NCBI GenBank assembly: GCA_963794945.1
Contig: CAWCFT010000013.1
Location: 1 to 64,000, forward strand
From: Endomicrobiales bacterium
GTDB lineage: Bacteria > Elusimicrobiota > Endomicrobiia > Endomicrobiales > CAWCFT01
Direction: 5' to 3'
DNA: 64,000 nucleotides
Below are positions 9,718-20,209 of the stretch, piece after piece. The position numbers and the translations under genes are program-made. The first letter of the stretch is position 1. The number at the start of each line of letters is the position of its first letter. The notes under the pieces are model-generated. The model was given only the letters and a program-made list of their open reading frames with translations, did no database searches and was not told the DNA's origin.

Positions 9718-11184
9718 ATGCAAGAAGAAATAATGAGTTCTAGTGCACCGATTAAGCTGCCGCGGACCCAGCCTCCAGAACGGGTATTCTGGTGTTGGGA
9801 TATATCCTACAAATGCAACTTTAAATGCGCATATTGCCGTGTTGATACCTGGCGGGAAACGCGTTATGCAAGCGTTCAAGAATGGGCTAAGATATGGGAC
9901 AAAATATATGATAATTATGGAAGCACTCATATGCGGTTTTCAGGAGGGGAGCCGTTTATATATCCGGATTTTATCGAACTTATGGGCATTATCGGCCAAA
10001 AACACACGCTTAATGTTACAACTAACCTTTCTTTTGATGTCAAAGAGCTTGTAAAAACGTCAGGCCCTATAGCTGAAAAATCACAACTTGTTATCTCGTC
10101 TAGCTATCATCCCGAATACTTCAAACTGCAAGATTTCATAGACAAGGTTCTTTACCTAAAGAACAACGGCATATATACGTCTGTTTCTATGGTAGCATGG
10201 CCCCCATTTCTCAAAGACATACCGGCTGTCAAGGATGCCATGGAGAAGAACAATATTCAGTTTCAGATTATACCGCTCGGCGGGCATTTCTTCGATAAAG
10301 ACTATCCTGGCGGGTATACAGATGAGGAATGCGATCTTCTTGGCACACTTTCCGTGACCGTATCCAACAAGGCCAGCAAAGACATGTTCGATTTCAAGGT
10401 AAAACAGGGCGACATAAAGACTAAAAAGCGCCTTTGCCGAATGGGAATGAACTTCGGCATGATACGTCCCAATGGTGATGTTTTCCGCTGCTGTACTTTC
10501 GAGAAAAGCGCTTATCTTGGCAACATGCTGGACGGAACTTTTGCGCTCCTGGAAAAACCATCCTGGTGCGAGCTTGAGCGCTGCAATTGCTACAAAGCAA
10601 TGTTGGTTGGAGAAGAAGATAAGGCAAATTCTAATTGGAACTGGGCAAGACACAAAACAGGAAAGTACTACGAGCCGCATAAGCGTACTCAAAACGAAAC
10701 GGACGCTATAAACACCGAGTTAAAGAAACGCGCTGATGCGGCGATCAAGTTGTTCCACTCGCGTGACGTTGACGGCGCCATAAAGCTCATGGAAGAGACG
10801 ATGACAGAATATCCAGACCATATACTCACCTATACTTTTCTGGCGGAGATATACATTCGCAGTAAGAACTTTTCTGCAGCGAAGGACATGCTTGATAAAG
10901 CGATGAAGTTTGCGCAGTACGATGATGGTAAAGGCAAGGTCATGAGACTGCAGGGTTATCTTTCTTACACTATGGGCGAAACCCAGCAGGCTTTGGAATA
11001 TCTTAACCGCTCATTAAAAATGGTGGAAGATCCGCAATACAATTATTTCCATCTTGCGAAAACATACATGATGAAGGGAGATATCAAGAACGCTCTTGAC
11101 TCCATACGGGAAGCGGTAAGACTGGACCCAAATAATCCAGTCGCTGCTGAGCTTCTGAAAGATTTTGAGACAGACGGCATATGA
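9718..11184 (+). CDS. Radical SAM protein (family subtype A) fused to C-terminal TPR repeats; start may be ATG 9733
   Basis: WDISYKCNFKCAYC; SGGEPF; CRMG...RCC...CELERCNC; about 4 TPR-like helical repeats ending ...LDPNNP. Confidence 0.9.
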   Translation: MQEEIMSSSAPIKLPRTQPPERVFWCWDISYKCNFKCAYCRVDTWRETRYASVQEWAKIWDKIYDNYGSTHMRFSGGEPFIYPDFIELMGIIGQKHTLNVTTNLSFDVKELVKTSGPIAEKSQLVISSSYHPEYFKLQDFIDKVLYLKNNGIYTSVSMVAWPPFLKDIPAVKDAMEKNNIQFQIIPLGGHFFDKDYPGGYTDEECDLLGTLSVTVSNKASKDMFDFKVKQGDIKTKKRLCRMGMNFGMIRPNGDVFRCCTFEKSAYLGNMLDGTFALLEKPSWCELERCNCYKAMLVGEEDKANSNWNWARHKTGKYYEPHKRTQNETDAINTELKKRADAAIKLFHSRDVDGAIKLMEETMTEYPDHILTYTFLAEIYIRSKNFSAAKDMLDKAMKFAQYDDGKGKVMRLQGYLSYTMGETQQALEYLNRSLKMVEDPQYNYFHLAKTYMMKGDIKNALDSIREAVRLDPNNPVAAELLKDFETDGI

Positions 11185-12554
11185 GAATAATGCTTCTAAC
11201 TCCTCCAGTGCTTTACGCCCGGCATATTTCGCCCGGGCCGGCCTACATTAAGGCCTACCTTGAGCGGGCTGGGCACGAGGTCAGATGCCGTGATCTGAAC
11301 ACAGAGATACATGTCCAAAACGACGGCGACGATTTTTATTGGACCCAGCCAGATAATTGCAGAGAGTTCTATTCTTCTAACAAGCCACTTTTTAAAAAAT
11401 GGGTAGATGAGATAGAAGCGTTCAATCCGGATATCGTGGGCTTTACCGTTTGGACAACGACCATTAATCTTAGCCTTAAACTCGCGCTGATGATAAAGAT
11501 AAGGAACCCCGGGAGAATAGTAATATTTGGAGGGTATCTCGCGGGAACCCGGGCAAAACAGCTTTTTGATTATCCTCAACTGGACGCTGTGGTTTTGGGC
11601 GAAGGAGAAGAAACACTTCTTGAGCTGGTGAAGATTGTTGAGTCAAAGGGTGAAATCGGCCCTTGTGATGGAGCGATAATCAGGAAGGACGGAGTTGTTA
11701 TTGAGGGCAGCCCGCGCAAGGAAATATTTAACCTCGACAGCCTGCCTTTCCCAGATTTCTCTGATTATGATACAACAAAATACTTCAACAAGGACGCGCT
11801 CCCGATCGTTTTCAGCCGCGGATGTTCGTGGCGTTGCGCTTTCTGCACGACCTACACGTCCTGGAAGTCGCACCGCAGCAGGAGTGCCTGCTCTATTATA
11901 GACGAGATAAAGCTTCGCATGGCGCAATATCCAGCTACACGCAGATTCGAGATATGCGATCCGGCCTGTAACCAGGACCTTGAGGTCCTTTCTTCGGTAT
12001 GCGACGGGATTATAGCTGAAAAGATCGATGTGACATTTTCGAGCATGGCGCAGATAAGACCCGACATGGACGCGGTGTTACTGAAAAAAATGAAACTGGC
12101 CGGGTTCCATACACTTAATTTCGGGATGGAAAGCGGTTCGGATAGAATGCTTAAGAGCATGCGCAAGCTCTACACATCGGCTGAAGCCGAAAAGGTCATA
12201 CGAGAGGCATCGTCCGCAGGCATTAACGTGGTGCTTAACTTCGTAGTCGGTTTCCCAGGTGAGGAACAGGAGGATTTCACACAGACGTTAGATTTTATTG
12301 AACGCAACAAGAGTTTTATAGCGAACGTCGCCCCGGCCCATGAGTGCGACATAATCGGCACGGAAATATGCGCGCGGCCTGAAGAGTATAATGTAAAAGT
12401 GCCAATGATAGACGATTATATTCAGTACTGGGAAACGATCGATAAAAAGAACAACTATGAGGTCAGGCACAGGAGAAAGCAGGAGTTCGACGGATTCCTC
12501 AACAGGATACAGATGCCGATAAAATGCGGCGTTTTTGACCGGGGTAGTCAGTAA
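11181..12554 (+). CDS. Cobalamin-binding radical SAM protein
   Basis: MRIMLLTPP; IFGG; GEGEETL; SRGCSWRCAFC; FGMESGS; VVGFPGE. Confidence 0.9.
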   Translation: MRIMLLTPPVLYARHISPGPAYIKAYLERAGHEVRCRDLNTEIHVQNDGDDFYWTQPDNCREFYSSNKPLFKKWVDEIEAFNPDIVGFTVWTTTINLSLKLALMIKIRNPGRIVIFGGYLAGTRAKQLFDYPQLDAVVLGEGEETLLELVKIVESKGEIGPCDGAIIRKDGVVIEGSPRKEIFNLDSLPFPDFSDYDTTKYFNKDALPIVFSRGCSWRCAFCTTYTSWKSHRSRSACSIIDEIKLRMAQYPATRRFEICDPACNQDLEVLSSVCDGIIAEKIDVTFSSMAQIRPDMDAVLLKKMKLAGFHTLNFGMESGSDRMLKSMRKLYTSAEAEKVIREASSAGINVVLNFVVGFPGEEQEDFTQTLDFIERNKSFIANVAPAHECDIIGTEICARPEEYNVKVPMIDDYIQYWETIDKKNNYEVRHRRKQEFDGFLNRIQMPIKCGVFDRGSQ

Positions 12555-12673
12555 AATATCGCTGGATACATACCAGCGAGTCTATCTTAGTATCCATCAG
12601 TTGCAGGTCTTGCATAATAAACTGTGTGCAATAAATTGATGCATTATTAATATTATCTACAGGATCTATAAAT

Positions 12674-13576
12674 ATGAACAACAGCTCACATTTAATTATG
12701 CGTAAGACAGCACCTTATAAGGTATTCTTTACATGGGAGATAACATATCTGTGCAATTATAAATGCACATACTGCCATGCCCCCAAACACGGCAGGCCAA
12801 ACATTCCAAATACAATCTATCCGGGCCTTCAGGCATGGAAAGATGCGTGGAACAGAATGTCCATTGATTACGGCGAATGCGAGATTGTTGTAAGCGGCGG
12901 AGAACCGTTCTTCTACCCGGATTTCATGGAGTTGGCTATCTATATAACACAAAAACACATAATAGAGTTTACAACAAATCTCTCTTGGGATGTTTCGAAA
13001 TTCACTGATAGTGGCATACCTCCGAAGCGGGCAAGGTTCGGCACAAGTTTTCATCCCGAATATGTCTCCCTTGAGGATTTTATCAAGAAGGTCAACATCC
13101 TAAGGTCAGCCGGTTTCGAAACTTGGGCGAATTTTGTTCCATGGCCGCCATTCTTCTCCAGGCTTGCTGAGTTCCAGCAGGCGTTCGAGAAGGAAGGGAT
13201 AAAACTTGTTCTCCAGCCGTTCCTTGGCGAATATGAGGGCAAACGATATCCGCAGGGTTACACTGACGAAGAGAAAAAGAGCCTCGGCATATTCACAGAC
13301 GAATCCAATAAGAAATCCGTGGATTTCAAAACAACGGCCGAATCGTTAAAGAAGGGAAAACTTTGCCGGATGGGCGAGAACTATGCTTTTATACACGCCG
13401 ACGGCAATACTGACAGGTGCTGTAAGGATAAGACCGTCAAACTTGGCAATGTTATCACTGGTACATTCAGATTGCTTGATGAACCTCAACCATGCAGGTC
13501 GGACGAGTGCAACTGTTGGAGATGTATGATGGTTGAAAAAGAGCCAGAGTGGGTAAAATACTGGGGCAGAAAATAA
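12674..13576 (+). CDS. Small radical SAM protein, family subtype A
   Basis: WEITYLCNYKCTYC; SGGEPF; CRMG...RCC...CRSDECNCWRC. Confidence 0.9.
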   Translation: MNNSSHLIMRKTAPYKVFFTWEITYLCNYKCTYCHAPKHGRPNIPNTIYPGLQAWKDAWNRMSIDYGECEIVVSGGEPFFYPDFMELAIYITQKHIIEFTTNLSWDVSKFTDSGIPPKRARFGTSFHPEYVSLEDFIKKVNILRSAGFETWANFVPWPPFFSRLAEFQQAFEKEGIKLVLQPFLGEYEGKRYPQGYTDEEKKSLGIFTDESNKKSVDFKTTAESLKKGKLCRMGENYAFIHADGNTDRCCKDKTVKLGNVITGTFRLLDEPQPCRSDECNCWRCMMVEKEPEWVKYWGRK

Positions 13577-13586
13577 GCGAGGCGGA

Positions 13587-14948
13587 ATGAAAGTCGTGTT
13601 ATTGAGGTGCCCATGGGTAACCGTTCTTCAGCCGCCTGATATAGGTGTCGCCTACCTCATTGCCAGCCTGAAAAGAGATGGGCATGATGTTTGCTTTATC
13701 GACCTGAACATGGAGTTTTATAATAAGATAGACGAAATCGATAAAAAACGGCTTATTTACAGTAATCCTAACGTACTAATCAATGAAGGGAAAAAAATAT
13801 TCAATAAATACTCCATGCTCGTTGAAGAATCTGTTAGAAGAGTTGTAGCGTTGAACCCGGACATGGTAGGCTTCAACGTTTGGCAGATGAATGGCGGAGC
13901 AAGCGTGGAGTTCGCAAAAAGAATTAAGAAATCTGATAGTAATATAGTTACTATTTTCGGCGGTCCGGATGCATATCCTCTGTGGTCGGGGATGAATTAT
14001 ATCAGGGAAGATTCGGTGGATCTAGTAGCTTACGGGGAAGCAGAGGTTACTTTTCAGAAGATACTAGATGAACTTGGAGGGAACGGCAAAATTAGCCCTG
14101 TCCCGGGAACGATAAGTAAAAACAATGGTTCTTTTATCGACAGCGGATTCAGCTGTGTTGTTGAAAATATCGACGAGCTGCCGATACCTGCCTTGGAATA
14201 TTTTTCACTGGAGCTTTATATCCATGATGCGCTGCCTATATCTTTTACCCGTGGCTGTGTACATAAGTGCGAATATTGCCCACGCGAAATGTATCCGCAT
14301 TTCCGCAGTCGTTCGGCGGCAGAAATTGTAAAAGAAATAGAGCTTCGCTCAAATATATTTCCAAAAAATAACAAATATTTTGTATGCGATGCCGCTCTTA
14401 ATGCAAACCTTAAGCAGATCGGAGAGCTCTGCGATACTCTAATTGAAAAAAATATCCAGAAGGCTTTCGGCGGGTTTGCTTACACGCATCCGGGAGCGGA
14501 TCGAGATTTTCTATTCAAGATGAGAAAAGCCGGTTTCAATGAATTGGTTTATGGGGTGGAAAGCGGTTCTGAAAAGATGCTAGCGAGCTTGGGAAAACAT
14601 ATTGAGATCAAGACTATTGAAAAGATAATAAAAGATACACATAAGGCAGGAATAGAAGTTTCTGTGGATATATTGGTTGGCCTGCCTGGCGAGAGCCAGG
14701 ATGATTTCAGAAAAACCTTAGATTTTCTTTCGAGGAACAGAGATCATATAAAAAAAGTCGGAGTGAATTATTTTGGAGTACTTCCTTACAGTAAGATATA
14801 CGACAGAATAGAAGAATACAAACTCGTGCCCGAGGACATCATCATGAACAGAATAGGCGAATTAATGCGCTTGCTAAATTCTCTCGGGCTGGCCGAGACC
14901 GTCAAAGTGGGGTTTGAGGCGGAACGGGATATGGCGGTTGGCATATGA
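13587..14948 (+). CDS. Cobalamin-binding radical SAM protein
   Basis: PPDIGVAYL; IFGGP; YGEAE; TRGCVHKCEYC; YGVESGS; LVGLPGE; RBS gaggcgg. Confidence 0.9.
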   Translation: MKVVLLRCPWVTVLQPPDIGVAYLIASLKRDGHDVCFIDLNMEFYNKIDEIDKKRLIYSNPNVLINEGKKIFNKYSMLVEESVRRVVALNPDMVGFNVWQMNGGASVEFAKRIKKSDSNIVTIFGGPDAYPLWSGMNYIREDSVDLVAYGEAEVTFQKILDELGGNGKISPVPGTISKNNGSFIDSGFSCVVENIDELPIPALEYFSLELYIHDALPISFTRGCVHKCEYCPREMYPHFRSRSAAEIVKEIELRSNIFPKNNKYFVCDAALNANLKQIGELCDTLIEKNIQKAFGGFAYTHPGADRDFLFKMRKAGFNELVYGVESGSEKMLASLGKHIEIKTIEKIIKDTHKAGIEVSVDILVGLPGESQDDFRKTLDFLSRNRDHIKKVGVNYFGVLPYSKIYDRIEEYKLVPEDIIMNRIGELMRLLNSLGLAETVKVGFEAERDMAVGI

Positions 14949-15772
14949 TTCAATTCACTTGGGACATACATTATAAATGCGATTACCGATGCCCTTATTG
15001 CTGGTTTGACGGCAAATGGGATGAGATAAAATCTAACAACATTTATCCAGGGACACCGAAACTCCTGTCCTATTGGGAAAACATACACAAAAGATATGGG
15101 ACTGTTCATATAGAAATAGCGGGCGGCGAACCCACTATCTACCCGGGTTTCGCGGGGTTCGTAAGCGAACTCGCCAAAATGCACGATATCGGGGTAACCT
15201 CCAACATCTCAGGCGACATCGAAGGCGTGCTAAAGTCCGAGAAAAAATTCAATATCGGTATGAGTTTTCACCCGATGTTTGTAGATTATCAATCGTTTGT
15301 AAAAAGGGCTTTAAAGTTAAAAAATGACGGATTTGGAAACACGATATTGTATCTTGCATACCCAGGATTTATTGAAAAAATTCCCGAATATAAGGCTTTA
15401 TTCGAAAGACAGGGTTTTATATTCAACGTGTTGTCTTTTTGGGGTAAATACAAGGGGTTAGATTACCCGCAAAGCTACGGTGATGAAGAAAGACGAATAA
15501 TTAATCCCGCACTTGGCGTGCGTGATGAAAGTAATTGCAAATACCAGATAGACCCCGTTATAACCAGAGGAAAAGAGTGTAACGCTGGGTTTATGTACGT
15601 TTTAGTGCATCCCAACGGCGACGCTTACCGCTGCGGCGGGGGCAACTGGAAGGAACAGCACCAGCCTTTCGGTAACGTTTTTACGGAAGATTTCAGACTC
15701 CTTGAAAAACCAGAACTGTGCGAATCGGATCACTGCCCCTGTAACGAATGGAGCTTTCTTTTAGTTAAATGA
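14945..15772 (+). CDS. Small radical SAM protein, family subtype B
   Basis: WDIHYKCDYRCPYC; AGGEP; CNAG...RCGG...CESDHCPCNEW. Confidence 0.9.
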   Translation: MIQFTWDIHYKCDYRCPYCWFDGKWDEIKSNNIYPGTPKLLSYWENIHKRYGTVHIEIAGGEPTIYPGFAGFVSELAKMHDIGVTSNISGDIEGVLKSEKKFNIGMSFHPMFVDYQSFVKRALKLKNDGFGNTILYLAYPGFIEKIPEYKALFERQGFIFNVLSFWGKYKGLDYPQSYGDEERRIINPALGVRDESNCKYQIDPVITRGKECNAGFMYVLVHPNGDAYRCGGGNWKEQHQPFGNVFTEDFRLLEKPELCESDHCPCNEWSFLLVK

Positions 15773-16821
15773 ACATGATATCCAGCATAGTTAAGAACAA
15801 CAAAGAGTTAAATTTGAGCGAAGTACTTGAGCGAAAGATAGTGCTTTCATCTCGCCCGCAAACACTGCGTGTTATCCTGACTAACCGCTGCAACATAGAC
15901 TGCATAATGTGCGATATCTCCAGCCATGGCAATGATGATACGATACCGCTAGAGGCATTGTCAAAGATAGAACCGCTGCTGCCTTATATCGAGAGTATAG
16001 ATTGGCAGGGCGGCGAGGTTTTCATGGTCCCGTATTTCAAGGCCTTTCTTAAATCTATCATAGAAAAACATGGGCACATCACTCACGCCATTCAGACAAA
16101 CGGATTATTCCTGAGTGATGAATGGGCCGAGATCATAGCGGCTAATAATATCACATTACTCGTTTCCATAAACAGTACAAGGAAAGAGATTTATGAGCAT
16201 ATCCACCGTGGCGCCAATTTTGACAGGTTGCTCGATAACCTAGTTGGTTTCCGCGAAAAAAAATAAAACACTCATCTACGGCGCGCACGGTACTTTGTAT
16301 TTGTATAATGAGATCGAACTATGAAGAAATTGGTTCTTTTGTTAAATTTGCGAGAACATACGGTTTTGCACAAATATCGCTCGGTTTTTTGCACGGAGAT
16401 CAGGCTCAAAGAGCGTATATTTTTCCCTCATGATGTATTGGCGGTAAATTACCTGAAAAACGTTATGCCTGAGTTCAGGCAGGCATGCATTGAGTCTTCA
16501 GTGCATCTGGATTGTTATTTTGATCCGATCCTGAAAGAACACTCAGGCAAAGATAACGGAGAAAAACCAGCTAAACAAGAGGCTCGAATAAACAGCTCAG
16601 AGATACTATGTGATATGCCGTGGCGAAATCTTACGATAGATGCGATTAGAGGAGGAATGGTATATCCTGAATGCCTGTGTGACCGCCCAGTAGGGAATAT
16701 ATTGACGGATACCGTGGAACAACTTTGGAATGGAGAACAAACTCAAGAGTACCGTAGAGCACTTTTAGACAACGATAGAAGTGTGTGCTCTAGCGAGTGC
16801 TTTCGTATGATGAAAAGATAA
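15769..16821 (+). CDS. Radical SAM/SPASM protein, split by two apparent frameshifts (A8 run at 16256-16263 and near 16410)
   Basis: CNIDCIMC, QGGEV and IQTNG in 15769..16266; the intervening frame reads IMRSNYEEIGSFVKFA; 16321..16821 carries CDMPW...CLC...LWNG...CSSEC. Confidence 0.8.
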
Positions 16822-16838
16822 GAGGTAAACAGAAAGTT

Positions 16839-17771
16839 ATGATCAAAGCGCCACATGATTTCAGAAGAACTATAAAGCCGGGCAAGGTTTTCATAAGCTG
16901 GGATATCACCTATAAATGCAATTACAAGTGCAGCTACTGTCACTACGGCGGTGCGAAAGACGCTGGCGAGCCGTGTGGAACGGTCTATCCTGGAACAGAC
17001 AAGTGGATAGATATTTGGACCGGTATCTATAAGCGTTACGGCAGCTGCCAGATACACATTGTCGGAGGTGAACCGTTCTACTATCCAGACTTCATGAAGA
17101 TTATAGTCCGGCTTTCCGAGATACACACTTGGGAATGCTCGACTAACCTCTCTTGGGACGTCGATACCCTGATTGCAAATATAAGCCCCGGCAGGGCGCG
17201 TATAGGGGTGAGTTATCACCCGGAATTCGTGGGTTTTGAAGAATTTTTTAAGAAAGCCCACAAACTCAAAAAGGCCGGATTTGAGGTTTGGGCGAACTAT
17301 GTTGCCTTCCCGAGCATTCTTTCCGGTATGGATGAAGCCAAGAGGCGCTTCAATGAGATAGGAATAAGCATGTCGATACTGCCATACAAAGGGCAGTACC
17401 AGGGCAAGACATATCCCGAGGCGTTCACCGAAGATGAACGCGCGTTCTTGAGGAAGCTCGGGACAGAACCATGGGTGCAAAAAACACTGGATTTTACGTT
17501 CGACAAGAAACAGCAGCAGACCATAAAAAAGAAATGCCGAATGGGGCAAATGTATGCTAAAATCAGTTCTAACGGAGATGCAATAAGCTGCTGCACAATA
17601 AACGCTGTAAAGCTCGGCAATGTAATTGACGGCACTTTCGCGCTTCTGGACGAGCCAGTTACCTGCGCCGATGAAAAATGTCCTTGCTGGAAGTGCATGC
17701 TGGTAGAATCAGAAGACAATTGGTGCCAGCACTGGGTGGTTCCTCCGGACGGTAGGATAAAAACAACATGA
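16839..17771 (+). CDS. Small radical SAM protein, family subtype A
   Basis: WDITYKCNYKCSYC; VGGEPF; CRMG...SCC...CADEKCPCWKC; the start chosen is the ATG after the upstream stop. Confidence 0.9.
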   Translation: MIKAPHDFRRTIKPGKVFISWDITYKCNYKCSYCHYGGAKDAGEPCGTVYPGTDKWIDIWTGIYKRYGSCQIHIVGGEPFYYPDFMKIIVRLSEIHTWECSTNLSWDVDTLIANISPGRARIGVSYHPEFVGFEEFFKKAHKLKKAGFEVWANYVAFPSILSGMDEAKRRFNEIGISMSILPYKGQYQGKTYPEAFTEDERAFLRKLGTEPWVQKTLDFTFDKKQQQTIKKKCRMGQMYAKISSNGDAISCCTINAVKLGNVIDGTFALLDEPVTCADEKCPCWKCMLVESEDNWCQHWVVPPDGRIKTT

Positions 17772-19342
17772 AAATAGCGCTCATACAAACACCAGTTTGG
17801 GGGGTTTATGGGCCGCCAGTCGGCCTCGCGCAGATTTCCGGTTGCCTAAAGCTCGCGGGCCATAATGCAAAACTTTTCGATATGAACGTGTTTTTGTATA
17901 ATAAGCGAGCGGAGCGCTACGCGAATAATTGGGCCATAGAGCAGAGCAGTTTCTGGTGTTCTCCTGAGAACGTGAACCGGTATTGGAAAGACAATCAGGA
18001 ATGTATTAAGGAATATATCTGTAAAGTAATCGATTTTAATCCGGAAATGATCTGTTTTTCGGTTAACGTTTGTTCATGGCACAGCACGGTGCTGGCGGCT
18101 GGGAAATTGAAAGAGGCATTGCCTGGAATTCAAATTGTGATAGGAGGCCCGCCATTTCTTGTTCCGTTCACGGCGGGGGATTACCTTAACCGTTCTGAGA
18201 TCGATATAATAGTTTACGGCGAGTCGGAGAAAACACTTCCCGAGCTTGCCTCGGTGCTGACGGCAGGCGGAGACCTGTCAAAGTGCCACGGAATTTGTTT
18301 CAAACATGATGGAAAGATAATAAAGACAGAAGCAAGGCCTCAGCTCCGCGATCTTGATGGTCTTCCTTTTATGGATTTTTCAGATACGCCTTTTGCAGAT
18401 TATGATCCTCCAGGGCATATGGGAAGGCATATTTCAATAATGACCAGCCGCGGCTGTGTCCAGCAGTGCGTGTACTGCGGGCCGCGCAAATACTGGCCCG
18501 GCTTTCGCAGTATGAGCGGAAAACGCATTTACGCAGAGATAGAACATCACTTTAATGCCGACTATGGTTTCCAGCACATCGAGTTCCTTGACCTCCTGGT
18601 TAACGGCAACATGAAAACGCTCACGGATCTTTGTAGCCTTATGTTGGGCGGGCCGCTGGGCGGTAAGCTCAAGTGGCACGCAAACCTTATAGTTCGAAAG
18701 GAGATGACCGAAGCAGTTTTCCGTATGATGGCAGATGCCGGCTGCAAACACGTTACTTTCGGCATAGAATCAGGGTCACAGAGAGTTCTGGAAGCGATGA
18801 GAAAAAAGTACCGCATCGAAGACGCGGATATGGTGCTTGCCAACGCGCACAGGGCAGGTATAGAAGTTACATGCAATTTTATGTTCGGTTTTCCGGGAGA
18901 GACCAGGGAAGATTTTAAAATAACGCTGGAATTTCTAAAGAGAAACCGAGAAAATATAACCATAGCTTACCCTTCCAGGACGTTCTGTACTATCGAGCCT
19001 CACAGCCACCTGCAGGAACACATAGAAGAGTTCGACATTGTGCCGAATCCGCACCATGGCCAGTACTGGATGTCGCGGGATGGATCCAATAATTACATAG
19101 AGAGGATGTCTCGTTGCGAGGAGTTCTCGCGGATCGCGAATGAAATTGGTGTTGACGTTGGGTTGGGGCTCCAGACTTCGTACGAGTTGGACCATTGGCT
19201 TAACCTGGGAGATTATTATAGTTGCACAGGCGATCGTGTTAAGGCTGCTGAGTGCTTTGAAAAGTATCTCAAACTAGACTCGTCTAATGCTACGGTTCGC
19301 GCAAAACTTGATTCACTGAAGACCGCGGGACGGCCGCAATGA
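17768..19342 (+). CDS. Cobalamin-binding radical SAM protein with C-terminal TPR (close paralog of 6740..8326)
   Basis: PVWG..PP; WAIEQSSFW; SRGCVQQCVYC; VTCNFMFGFPGET; YPSRT; TPR tail. Confidence 0.9.
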   Translation: MKIALIQTPVWGVYGPPVGLAQISGCLKLAGHNAKLFDMNVFLYNKRAERYANNWAIEQSSFWCSPENVNRYWKDNQECIKEYICKVIDFNPEMICFSVNVCSWHSTVLAAGKLKEALPGIQIVIGGPPFLVPFTAGDYLNRSEIDIIVYGESEKTLPELASVLTAGGDLSKCHGICFKHDGKIIKTEARPQLRDLDGLPFMDFSDTPFADYDPPGHMGRHISIMTSRGCVQQCVYCGPRKYWPGFRSMSGKRIYAEIEHHFNADYGFQHIEFLDLLVNGNMKTLTDLCSLMLGGPLGGKLKWHANLIVRKEMTEAVFRMMADAGCKHVTFGIESGSQRVLEAMRKKYRIEDADMVLANAHRAGIEVTCNFMFGFPGETREDFKITLEFLKRNRENITIAYPSRTFCTIEPHSHLQEHIEEFDIVPNPHHGQYWMSRDGSNNYIERMSRCEEFSRIANEIGVDVGLGLQTSYELDHWLNLGDYYSCTGDRVKAAECFEKYLKLDSSNATVRAKLDSLKTAGRPQ

Positions 19343-20197
19343 GCAGGAATGTCTCTTTTAACTGGGACATCCACTGGGCTTGCAACTACCGTTGTCCGTA
19401 CTGCTGGTTCAACGGCAAGTGGGACGAAGTAAAAACACGCAATGTTTATCCGGCTTATGAAACTCTGATAAAAGGGTGGAAGAATATCTATAACATTTAC
19501 GGACAGGTGAACGTTGCGATAACCGGCGGCGAACCGTTCATGTACCCAAAGTTCACTGAGTTCATCGGCGAAATGTTTGAATTCCATGAGTTTATGATCG
19601 TAACTAACCTTTCGGGCGACATTTCCAGTTTTATAAAAGCAAATAACAGCAAAAATGTGAAAGTGAACCCTTCATTCCATTCGTTATCGGCCGATGCTGG
19701 AGTATTTATCGATAAAGCGCTGATGCTCAAAGAAGCCGGAATGATGCAGTGCATAACTTATCTTGCGTGGCCGCCGCTTGTACAAAAGCTGGCAGATTAC
19801 CAGTCCATTTTTGAAAAGAAAGGGTTGTCGCTAACTGTGCAGCCTTTCTTCGGGGAATACGATAGCAAACGATATCCGGATAGCTATAGCGATGAAGAAA
19901 AAGCTATAATATTTCCTCAGTTGGGGACTAGGGGAGATAAGCCTTTTCAGAACAGAAGCTTTCAGTCCAAAAGGAAAGCTCTGCAACGCCGGCAGAAGTT
20001 ACGGAGTTATACAGCCAAACGGTACGGTCCGCAGATGCGGAGGAATTAATTCGGGTGATGCCGTTGTAGGCAACATCTTTAAGGAGGATTTCAGATTAAA
20101 ACAGGATCCATCCCATTGTACTTCAGAAATATGTCCGTGTAATGAGTGGGCATTTCTATTAGCAGATGTTCACTACGATGACGTTGGGAAAAAATGA
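19339..20197 (+). CDS. Small radical SAM protein, family subtype B; apparent frameshift near 19945
   Basis: WDIHWACNYRCPYC; TGGEPF; the shifted frame continues KGKLCNAG...RRCGG...CTSEICPCNEW to TGA at 20195-20197. Confidence 0.85.
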
Positions 20198-20209
20198 AAG
20201 GAGATTATC

